The notes under the pieces are model-generated. The model saw only the letters and a list, made by a program, of their open reading frames with translations. It was not told the origin of the DNA and ran no database searches. Positions 56,699-64,000 of a stretch of DNA of 64,000 bases are shown in pieces (position 1 is the stretch's first letter; every line of letters starts with the position of its first letter). A program made the translations under genes and the position numbers. Location: positions 657 to 64,656 of the forward strand of contig JBKQVS010000045.1 in the NCBI GenBank assembly GCA_052139855.1, in the 5' to 3' direction. The DNA is from Desulfobaccales bacterium (lineage in GTDB: Bacteria; Desulfobacterota; Desulfobaccia; Desulfobaccales; 0-14-0-80-60-11).

Positions 56699-57313
56699 TT
56701 ACTTGGGAATTTTTTTCTGCCGGTTCAGATCATAGATCGGGACAAACTTGAGATCCGCCCGCAGAACTTCTTCCGGAGATTTGGCCACGAGTTCCCCGTC
56801 CTGCTGGATGAAGCGCAATTCGGCGCCTACCCCGCAACCCGCCGTACAGGCTGTATCCAGTTTGGATTTGGCCTCGGAATACTCAGGGTCCGCCTTGCTC
56901 TTCCCGTGGAATTTTTCCCGCCACGCGATCCATTGCTGGGGGGTCAAGCCGCTCTGGTCAATGAAGACATAGTAGACCACCTTATCCTGGCAGTCCTCCT
57001 CCAGGAAGAGGCTATACTCTGCGGGCGTATCGGGGCTGCCCAACCCCGCCGGGCGATTTTGGGCGCCCGCTTCGATGAGCCAGGCCGTGGGGCATTTGCG
57101 GGAGGCGGCGAAGTCTTTTACCGGACCGAAGATGAACCCGGGGTTCATCTCGTCGGCCACGAAATTTCCGGCCAAAAATTTCTCGGGCGGATGGTAAGCG
57201 GTCAGCCCGTTGGCTTGCCGCAGGGCTGTGGCCTTGGCGCTTGCGGCCCAGGCTGTGGTGCCGTTGCACACCAGGAGCAAAAATCCCAAGAATATCGGCA
57301 ATAGGCGTGTCAT
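56699..57313 (-). CDS. Secreted hypothetical protein
   Basis: The ATG at 57313 has AGGAGGG upstream and is followed by a signal peptide (MTRLLPIFLGFLLLVCNGTTAWA). The track ORF extends to 57418. Confidence 0.5.
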   Translation of the reverse strand: MTRLLPIFLGFLLLVCNGTTAWAASAKATALRQANGLTAYHPPEKFLAGNFVADEMNPGFIFGPVKDFAASRKCPTAWLIEAGAQNRPAGLGSPDTPAEYSLFLEEDCQDKVVYYVFIDQSGLTPQQWIAWREKFHGKSKADPEYSEAKSKLDTACTAGCGVGAELRFIQQDGELVAKSPEEVLRADLKFVPIYDLNRQKKIPK

Positions 57314-57420
57314 AAGCCCTCCTATCATCATCATGGACCTTTGTACATTCTTCTTACCAGAAGCGATGGAAAAAACAAGATAAGGAGCCAGCCGGCAATC
57401 GTCTCTCGGCGAGCCCACGC

Positions 57421-59112
57421 TTACAGCATTGATTCCGGGGTTAACCAGGAAAGGCAGCGCAGGCTGAGGCGCTGGAAGAACCGGCTCATGGGCTCCTGGT
57501 AATACCGCACCTCCTGTCCCTTCTCTTCGGTTACCCAGACCAGATCATAATCTCCCAGGAGCGTCACCCGGTAGGTGCGAGCCGGTGAGGCACCCTCGGC
57601 AAAGAGCCAGGCCGTCTGGTTAGCGAGTTCGGGGCTGTGGATAGCGATGCCATTCTGGGTGTCGAGCCGCATGGAGCGCGGGTCAAAGTTGAAGGAGCCC
57701 ACAAAAACCGTGCGGCGATCCAGGATGAAGGTCTTGGCGTGCAAGGCGGCCCGGGACGAGCCGCCGAATTGCAGGGACGAGCCGCCGATCTGGATGAGGG
57801 AGGCGCTGCGCTGGACGACGGAGCTGCCGCCCTGGATGAAGGAGTTGAAGAACCGCAGGACGTCGCCGCCCACCTGGCCGCGCTGCCGCTCAAGGTGCAC
57901 CAGCGTCGGTTTGATCTCATAGAGTTCCACCCCCAGGCGGAGGAGGTCCTGGCGGTAGTGCATATAGCCGATCTGGGCCACGGGTACGTCGGTGGAGACG
58001 AAAGAGTTGGTAATGATCTTGATGGTGACGCCGCGGTCGCGCAGTTGCTGGACAAATCGCACCCCAGCCTCGCCGGGCACCAGGTATGGCGAGACCATGA
58101 GCACCTCGCTCCGGGCTTTGCCAAGGATTCCCTTAAGCTCCTGCAGCATTTTGGTTAATCGTTTGGGGTCATCGGCGTTGACGCACTTTAACGGATCATC
58201 GGCGAGGACTTGGGCCTGCCCCCAGACAATGGGGACCGTGCCGGCGTCGATCCGTTTCAGGAGATCGCTTCCTTGGACCTTGAGCCAGTAGGTCGATTTT
58301 TGTAGGCGTTCTCTCTGAGTTTCGAGGTCGCGGTGAGCGCTCTCAAGGTCATCGGCGGTGGGCCGGAACGATATGAGGGCGTTAATGGGCACTGCGAGCA
58401 CGCAGTTCCAGTAGTCGTCGAAGACCGCGCTCACCTGGCGGGTAATGGGTCCCAGGACGATGATATCCATATCGTAGAAGTTGGCTTCACTGCTGGCCCC
58501 GAAGTACTCATCGCCGATATTGCGCCCCCCCACGATGGCCACACTGTTGTCGACGATAAAGGCCTTGTTGTGCATCCGCCCTCTCAGCCTTTCGGGTCCA
58601 AAGGCCATCTTGAGCGAGCGGACCGGCAAACTTGACCAATGGGTCCCGAAGGGATTGAAGAGCCTCACCTCGATATTGGGGTGGAGTGCCAGCGCGGCTA
58701 TCAAGAAATCCGTCTTTTTCGTCAGGTTCCAGTCGTCGAGCAGCAGACGCACTCTCACCCCCCGATCAGCCGCAGCGAGGATGCGGTCGAACAGGAACTT
58801 ACCCGTGAGGTCGTCGTGAAAGATATAGTACTGCAGGTCGAGGGTTTTTTCCGCCTGGTCGAGCAAGCGGGCCCGGGCGGCAAAGGCGTCGATCCCGGTT
58901 GGCAGGAGGTAGAATCCCGAGGCCCCCGGATGATCAACGGCCCGGGCCTGAATCTTCTTCCCCAGGGCGGTCCCTTCAGGCCGGTAAAGGGCGCTGGAGA
59001 CGGGGCGCGGGTAATCATACGGGATCGTGGCGCAGCCGTTCAGGAGATAAAGGAGCAGCAAGAGAAGCGGCGGGAGGGCGGCTTGCGCCCCGGGGCGACG
59101 TTGCATCAGCAT
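57421..59112 (-). CDS. Phospholipase D/cardiolipin-synthase family lipoprotein
   Basis: 563 aa with a lipobox (LLYLLNGC) and two HKD motifs (HNKAFIVDNSVAIVGGRNIGDEY and HAKTFILDRRTVFVGSFNFDPRS). Confidence 0.88.
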   Translation of the reverse strand: MLMQRRPGAQAALPPLLLLLLYLLNGCATIPYDYPRPVSSALYRPEGTALGKKIQARAVDHPGASGFYLLPTGIDAFAARARLLDQAEKTLDLQYYIFHDDLTGKFLFDRILAAADRGVRVRLLLDDWNLTKKTDFLIAALALHPNIEVRLFNPFGTHWSSLPVRSLKMAFGPERLRGRMHNKAFIVDNSVAIVGGRNIGDEYFGASSEANFYDMDIIVLGPITRQVSAVFDDYWNCVLAVPINALISFRPTADDLESAHRDLETQRERLQKSTYWLKVQGSDLLKRIDAGTVPIVWGQAQVLADDPLKCVNADDPKRLTKMLQELKGILGKARSEVLMVSPYLVPGEAGVRFVQQLRDRGVTIKIITNSFVSTDVPVAQIGYMHYRQDLLRLGVELYEIKPTLVHLERQRGQVGGDVLRFFNSFIQGGSSVVQRSASLIQIGGSSLQFGGSSRAALHAKTFILDRRTVFVGSFNFDPRSMRLDTQNGIAIHSPELANQTAWLFAEGASPARTYRVTLLGDYDLVWVTEEKGQEVRYYQEPMSRFFQRLSLRCLSWLTPESML

Positions 59113-59222
59113 TGCTTCGGAGTCCGCTTCTGCCGCTTCATTATGGCGCTAAACCTCACGGCGGCAATTTCCTCTCCGGGCTCCGGTGAGCCGGGAATCG
59201 GTGATCAGCGCTGGTTAATGGT

Positions 59223-59852
59223 TTAATTTGCCTTTTCCGGGAGGCTCTTAATACCTGCCTGCCTTCTGATAGCGTCGATATTTAATTTCCCGATCCACCG
59301 GGGCAGATTGCTCCAGGCCTGGTGAACCCCGAAGCCGCCCTGGGTCATCTCCCGGATGGCCTCGGCTTTGCTCCACCCTTGCACCGCGATGCGATAAACG
59401 GCGATCACGGTGCCGGTGCGGTCGGCGCCATACTGGCAGTGAACCATAACCGGGGCGCGCTTCGGGTCGGTGACAATTTTGAGGAAACGGACCACATCAT
59501 CCGCCTCGGGGTGCCAGGGTTTCATGTAGATATGTTCGGTGGCCAGTCCAGTGCCGGCGATTTCGTCGCGATCCGAGTGAAAAGAACGCAGGTTGATGAT
59601 GGTTTTGATACCCAATTGCTTTAAGTTTTGCATGCCTTGGGGGCTGGGTTGGTCGCCCCGATAGAGTGCCTCGGAGATCCGGTAGAGGTTCGGCACCCCC
59701 TCCAACTTGACCGGTTGGGCCCAGGTTTTGGGCCGATCGGCCGGCAAGGGGTCGGCCCAGGCAACCCAGGCAAGCAGGAAGACGCTGGCGGCAGCGATGA
59801 CCGCAGTTCCCCTGATCCCAACCCGGGCACGAACGGTGAGGTGGCAAGGCAC
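59223..59852 (-). CDS. Secreted CX5R (tyrosine/dual-specificity type) phosphatase
   Basis: 209 aa with a signal-like N-terminus and the active-site loop VHCQYGADRTG. Confidence 0.8.
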   Translation of the reverse strand: MPCHLTVRARVGIRGTAVIAAASVFLLAWVAWADPLPADRPKTWAQPVKLEGVPNLYRISEALYRGDQPSPQGMQNLKQLGIKTIINLRSFHSDRDEIAGTGLATEHIYMKPWHPEADDVVRFLKIVTDPKRAPVMVHCQYGADRTGTVIAVYRIAVQGWSKAEAIREMTQGGFGVHQAWSNLPRWIGKLNIDAIRRQAGIKSLPEKAN

Positions 59853-59930
59853 GTTAGCGGTCCCCGCCGCCGCGGCAGGTCATGGCCAAAACCGAAACGT
59901 CATGCATGTCCTGTCCTCCCGGCGGCTCAA

Positions 59931-61046
59931 TCAAAGAAAGGCGGCAAAATCCTGGAATTTAACTTTTTTTTGCGCCACGGTCCGGCCGATCTGCTGCAGG
60001 TCATCAATATGCTTGACGGAATCGATTTTCTGGACCTCTTCCGGCCGGATATGCGGCAGGCCTAACTCATCCAGACCCGTCAAGGTCAGTTCAGCGTTAT
60101 AGCGCAGGTAGGTGAAGAGTTTGGGTTGCACCGGCCCCTGCTTGCCGATGAGATCGCCGATTTCCTGGTCCAGGGGATCGCCCGCCAGACATTGGCCAAA
60201 AACCCGGCAGAGAAAATCCTGCTCGTTCAGGGCAGCGAACATCAGGGCCAAGGGCAGGGAGGCGGAGTTGTATAAGATATTCATGTCAAAAGGTTGGAGG
60301 TTGGCATCGGCTTTGGGATTGGTGCCGGTGCCGATGGAAACCAACAAGATCTTGTCCTCTCCCGCGGGCCAGTTGAGGTTGTAGGGTTCAACCGTGGCCA
60401 TGAGAAAGGCCTGGAAGGCAGGGTTGTTGTAGGTCGTGAGGGCCCCATCGATGAAAATGAATTCTTCGGCACCGACCCGGACGACTTCGGGAGGGAAGAA
60501 ACATGGCGCCGCGGTGCTGGCCCGGACCAACTGCCAGAGAGGGATATTCAGATTGCAGCCGGGGAGCTCTCTTTGATTAAACTTGGCAAAGGGATTATTG
60601 GTGACCGGCCAGGGCGAATCCGTGGTGGCATTGCGCATAACCATCATCAGTAAGGTCTTGAGACGGTCACTGCCGAGAGTCGTGTCGGCCCCGAACATCT
60701 CGTGGAGCTTTTGGGAGAGTTTCGTGTCTTCGTATTTGTAGCGGAACCGCCGTAAGACGCTGGCCTCCTCGAACATCTCCCTCCCGGTTTCAAGATAGAA
60801 ACTGCGGATGTCGGTCACCGACATACCCAGGGAGAGGGCGGTGCCGATAATCGCTCCGGTACTGGTTCCGGCGATAAAGTCAAAATAATCCGCCAGGACG
60901 AAATCATTTTGACGTCCTGATTGCTCTCGCAGCAGGGTTTCAAGTACGGCAAGGATTTCCAAGGTTATGATACCCCGGATGCCGCCACCGTCCAACGCCA
61001 GGATGCGTTTGGGGCCTTGCGCTCTGATCCTCTCAGATAAAGTCAT
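59931..61046 (-). CDS. Patatin-like phospholipase
   Basis: 371 aa with an oxyanion loop DGGGIRG, a nucleophile elbow GTSTG and a catalytic Asp DGA. Confidence 0.9.
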   Translation of the reverse strand: MTLSERIRAQGPKRILALDGGGIRGIITLEILAVLETLLREQSGRQNDFVLADYFDFIAGTSTGAIIGTALSLGMSVTDIRSFYLETGREMFEEASVLRRFRYKYEDTKLSQKLHEMFGADTTLGSDRLKTLLMMVMRNATTDSPWPVTNNPFAKFNQRELPGCNLNIPLWQLVRASTAAPCFFPPEVVRVGAEEFIFIDGALTTYNNPAFQAFLMATVEPYNLNWPAGEDKILLVSIGTGTNPKADANLQPFDMNILYNSASLPLALMFAALNEQDFLCRVFGQCLAGDPLDQEIGDLIGKQGPVQPKLFTYLRYNAELTLTGLDELGLPHIRPEEVQKIDSVKHIDDLQQIGRTVAQKKVKFQDFAAFL

Positions 61047-61640
61047 GAGCCCCTCCTTTCCCCAAAAAGCTGATTGGCGGCGCGTCCAGACCGGCGATTA
61101 TGCTGCAGCCGGCGGGGTGGCGGTCTAGAATTGCGCCCGCAAGCTCCGGTCCCGAGATGCACCGCGCCACGATCCTTGCAACGCAAGCGCTCTTTCTCCC
61201 GCGGCTCAAGATAGCACTAATTTTCTTAAGAAATCAATACCGATCCATGGGGCGCGCCTGGCGGGCCTGAGGTCTCAGGCCTGGGGCCCCTGAGCCCAAT
61301 TAATCCGGTGAGGCGGCAGCCTTGGCCGATCCCGGCCCCGATTGGTCCCCGGGGCCGATTCTGTGGTGCGGTATCCCGAAGATATTTGAGAATAGCAAAG
61401 ATGAAGATATGATCGCCATAGCCGTCACAGGTATGGGCGGAGGGAAAGATTTGGGGCGCCTGGGAGGCAAGCTTCTAGAATACCTGCGAAAATGGCAGGA
61501 GAGCTTCAGGTTGAACAGTGTTGCTACGTGGTAGACAGCCAATCGTTGGCCGTCTGATAAGTTTTCTCAAGATAGCGGCGATTTTCAGCGGCAATCTTTG
61601 AGAAAATCGATGCCTTAATAGCGAATCCAGAAATAAACAG

Positions 61641-61946
61641 CTAGTACTGCATCACTTCGTGCCATTTATAGATAGCAACGCCATCATAAAATCGTATCTG
61701 GGCCGCGTCGATTGCCGCTGCAGATTCTATGCAGCAGCTCTTTCCATAGGCATAATTATAGACTTTCGTTCCATTACTGAGTTTCTGTTCGGATTGCGGC
61801 GGCCCCAACATCGCGACAACATCACTTTCCGTAGTTTGGCCCAGTCCAATTCTCTCCACTGCCGCGCTGTTATATTGGCTCCCGGCTGTATGGGCACACC
61901 CCAGAAATAGACCCGCCAAGACAATGAGTAACAGGTGCTTCGCCAT
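61641..61946 (-). CDS. Small lipoprotein (SmpA/OmlA-BamE-like by pattern)
   Basis: 101 aa with a lipobox (LFLGC) and GQTTESDVVAMLGPP. It lies in a locally lower-GC patch (24/60 at 61741-61800). Confidence 0.45.
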   Translation of the reverse strand: MAKHLLLIVLAGLFLGCAHTAGSQYNSAAVERIGLGQTTESDVVAMLGPPQSEQKLSNGTKVYNYAYGKSCCIESAAAIDAAQIRFYDGVAIYKWHEVMQY

Positions 61947-62350
61947 GGTCTCCTCCTCAATAGCCCGGTAAATTTGTCGCCTTCGGACTGCCCTGAGGCT
62001 ATAATTTTAACATATTTTGGCTTTATAATCATTTTTAAAGAAAAAGCAAGGGGTATTCCCTCTGAGAACCTCAGGAGGGGCATCGGGGAGCCGTATTGCT
62101 GACCTGCATAGCAGGATTCGGCAACGCCCGGACCGCAAGTCGTGGTCCAAATCACCTCATGAAACTGCACCGATTTGGGGCGGGGGGGTGCGAAATCCAG
62201 GGGTGAAGCAGGCTTGCGCCACAGGGGAGAACCGTGAACCGTGCCCATAAAAAACCCTCCTCAAGAAGGGCTTGGGGAGGGAGTTGGAGGGGAGGGCGGG
62301 GGACCCTTACGAAATTACGAAATGGTCTCAAGCCCCCCGGCTTTGCCGGT

Positions 62351-64000
62351 TCAGACCGGCTGGCCCACCTCGGCCAGGGTCTGGAAATAGATGCGGCGGA
62401 TGCGCCCCATGCGCTTGTTAAAGCACAGGCCCAGTTCCATACAGGCATTATAGAAGGATTCCTGGCTGAATTCCAGGGCGAGCAGCCGGGCCATGGTTTC
62501 CTTGGTGAACTCATGGTGCAGGTCCTTGATCTTCTGGGCGGCTTCCCCCAGGCCCTGCCACAGGGGCAGCAGGATGATGTCCGACTGTTCCTGCAACCGG
62601 GCGATTTCGGCCCGGACCACCTGCATGGTTTGCAGGGAGCCGCTGCCGTCCTTTCCCGGGCTGGTTCCCTGAACCACCTCAACTCCCAGGCGTTCCAGGA
62701 ACTTGATGAGAAAATCCCGGGGACCCTTCTCCCAGGTGCAGAGGTTCCAGATATCTTCGGGAATTCCGACTCGGGGCAGGCGGCCTTTCTGCGGCAGCCA
62801 CTGGCGCAGCTGCTGGCCCCGGGCATAAAGCTGTTCCTGGAGCTGCTGGAAATAGTTATTTCTTTTGAAGTTTGCCTTCCACAGGATGATGCGGCCGTAA
62901 GCCTTCATTTTGGCAAAGAACAGGTCCCGGGCGATGAGGCGTTTAATCACCGAGGTCCAGCTGTAAAACTTCTTCATGGCCCGGTTGGTTTCCATCTGCA
63001 GTTCATACGGGGTGAACTGCCGGGGTTGAAACACGGTGTGGTGGCCGTCGTACTGGCTCCAATCCCGGCAGATAATCCGGTTTTGGGCTTCCATCTCCCG
63101 GTAGAAGGGCGTGCCGGGGATGGGGGTGAGGATCAGGTATTGCAGGGAGTCCAGGTCCAATTGGCGGGAAACCTTCACGGTGTCGCGAATCACCTGGTAG
63201 TGATCCTCTTCGGAACCGAAGACGAACATGCCGTGGACATTGATGCCGAAGCGGTGGAAATTGTTGACGCAGTCCTTGATGCCCTGCACGGTCTGAGACT
63301 TGTTGTAGGCCTTCAGAGTGGCGGGGTTGATGGATTCAAGCCCCACGAAGACGATGTAGCAGCCGCTCTTAGCCATGAGGGCCAGGAGTTCCGAATCCTT
63401 GGCAGATTCCACCCGCACCTGGGCGCTCCATTCGATCTTCAGACCTTCGGCGATGATGCGCTCGCACAGTTCCTTGGTGCGCTGGCGGTCGGCGGTGAAG
63501 TTGTCGTCGCAGAAAAAGATGTGGCGAGCCTGGAGGCCATTCTGACGAATCTCGGCGATGACCCGGTCGATGGAAGTGACGCGGTGCTTGCGCCCGAACA
63601 TCATGATTACCGAACAGAAGCTGCAGTTAAAGGGGCAGCCCCGGGAGGTGGCGATGGAGACCACGCCCCGCCTATTTCGGGCCTTCCAGCCGTGAATCAG
63701 GGTGTAATCGGGGATGGGCAGGGAATCCAGGTCGCCCAGGAAAGGGCGCCAGGGGTTTTGCTGGATGGTGTCGCCGTCCCGATAGCAGAGATTGTGGATG
63801 TCTGCCAGGCTGCCGCCGGTTTCCAAGGCGTTGACCAGTTCCGGCAAGGCTTCGTCACCCTCGCCGCAGACCACATAATCGGCATGTTCTAAGCCTTCCA
63901 GGGGCAGAAAACTCGAGTGGGCGCCGCCCAGGACCACCGGCAGGCCCTGCTGGCGGTAGAAGTCCGCCAGCTCGTAAGTCCGGGGGGCGGTGGAAGAGAT
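62351..64000 (-). CDS. B12-binding-domain radical SAM protein (5' end outside the window)
   Basis: Radical-SAM CxxxCxxC motif (SRGCPFNCSFCS) preceded by a cobalamin-binding-like region. The frame stays open to the window edge. Confidence 0.85.
   Translation of the reverse strand: MSSTAPRTYELADFYRQQGLPVVLGGAHSSFLPLEGLEHADYVVCGEGDEALPELVNALETGGSLADIHNLCYRDGDTIQQNPWRPFLGDLDSLPIPDYTLIHGWKARNRRGVVSIATSRGCPFNCSFCSVIMMFGRKHRVTSIDRVIAEIRQNGLQARHIFFCDDNFTADRQRTKELCERIIAEGLKIEWSAQVRVESAKDSELLALMAKSGCYIVFVGLESINPATLKAYNKSQTVQGIKDCVNNFHRFGINVHGMFVFGSEEDHYQVIRDTVKVSRQLDLDSLQYLILTPIPGTPFYREMEAQNRIICRDWSQYDGHHTVFQPRQFTPYELQMETNRAMKKFYSWTSVIKRLIARDLFFAKMKAYGRIILWKANFKRNNYFQQLQEQLYARGQQLRQWLPQKGRLPRVGIPEDIWNLCTWEKGPRDFLIKFLERLGVEVVQGTSPGKDGSGSLQTMQVVRAEIARLQEQSDIILLPLWQGLGEAAQKIKDLHHEFTKETMARLLALEFSQESFYNACMELGLCFNKRMGRIRRIYFQTLAEVGQPV

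Noticed and set aside
61322-61534. 70-aa ORF with a GMGGGKDLG stretch, considered as a P-loop or SIS-domain gene fragment.
   Set aside because: The motif spacing does not fit either family. There is no convincing start context, and the ORF lies in a 600-bp spacer of mixed composition. It is left unannotated.

Overview
This is a 64-kb window from a high-GC chromosome. Single 60-nt lines counted by hand give about 60-72% GC in core genes. All family calls below come from reading motifs by eye, because no database or HMM search was possible. The taxon cannot be determined from the sequence alone.

The window has four parts.

(1) Low-GC mobile DNA, 1-7562. A 6.3-kb element splits a YjbQ/UPF0047 gene. 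It is bounded by the 11-bp direct repeat TGCATGGCGTT and carries a large serine recombinase, an excisionase-type HTH, a small serine recombinase, small membrane-protein cargo and a Rep_trans-like gene. The edge of a second, related element truncates the neighbouring YihY-like gene at the window start.

(2) Ordinary host genes, 7.8-22.4 kb, all on the minus strand except the plus-strand phd/doc-type TA pair. They are a YHS-domain protein, a CoA-disulfide-reductase-like/rhodanese fusion, a CDF transporter, a phd/doc-type TA pair, sdh/frd CAB, uppP, cdaR, cdaA, folP and ftsH.

(3) A phage-derived morphogenesis and lysis cluster, 22.7-47.6 kb (about 25 kb). It has a Mu-like head module (gp27/28/29, I and T homologues), a siphovirus-type tail with a very short tape measure, large tail-tip proteins, a holin and an endolysin. 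It contains no integrase, transposase, replication or repressor module, and it sits directly between ftsH and cvpA. I flag it as a candidate domesticated or GTA-like particle locus.

(4) Host genes, 47.9-64 kb: cvpA, mazG, two sensor kinases plus an NtrC/NtrX-type regulator, a Tat-signal aldo/keto reductase, a run of three lipid-active enzymes (PLD-family, CX5R phosphatase, patatin), a small lipoprotein and a partial B12-binding radical-SAM gene.

Short tandem 6-8-nt repeats and C-tract/G-tract hairpin (REP-like) elements recur in intergenic spacers across the window, in both host and phage-derived DNA. No tRNA, rRNA or CRISPR array was recognised.
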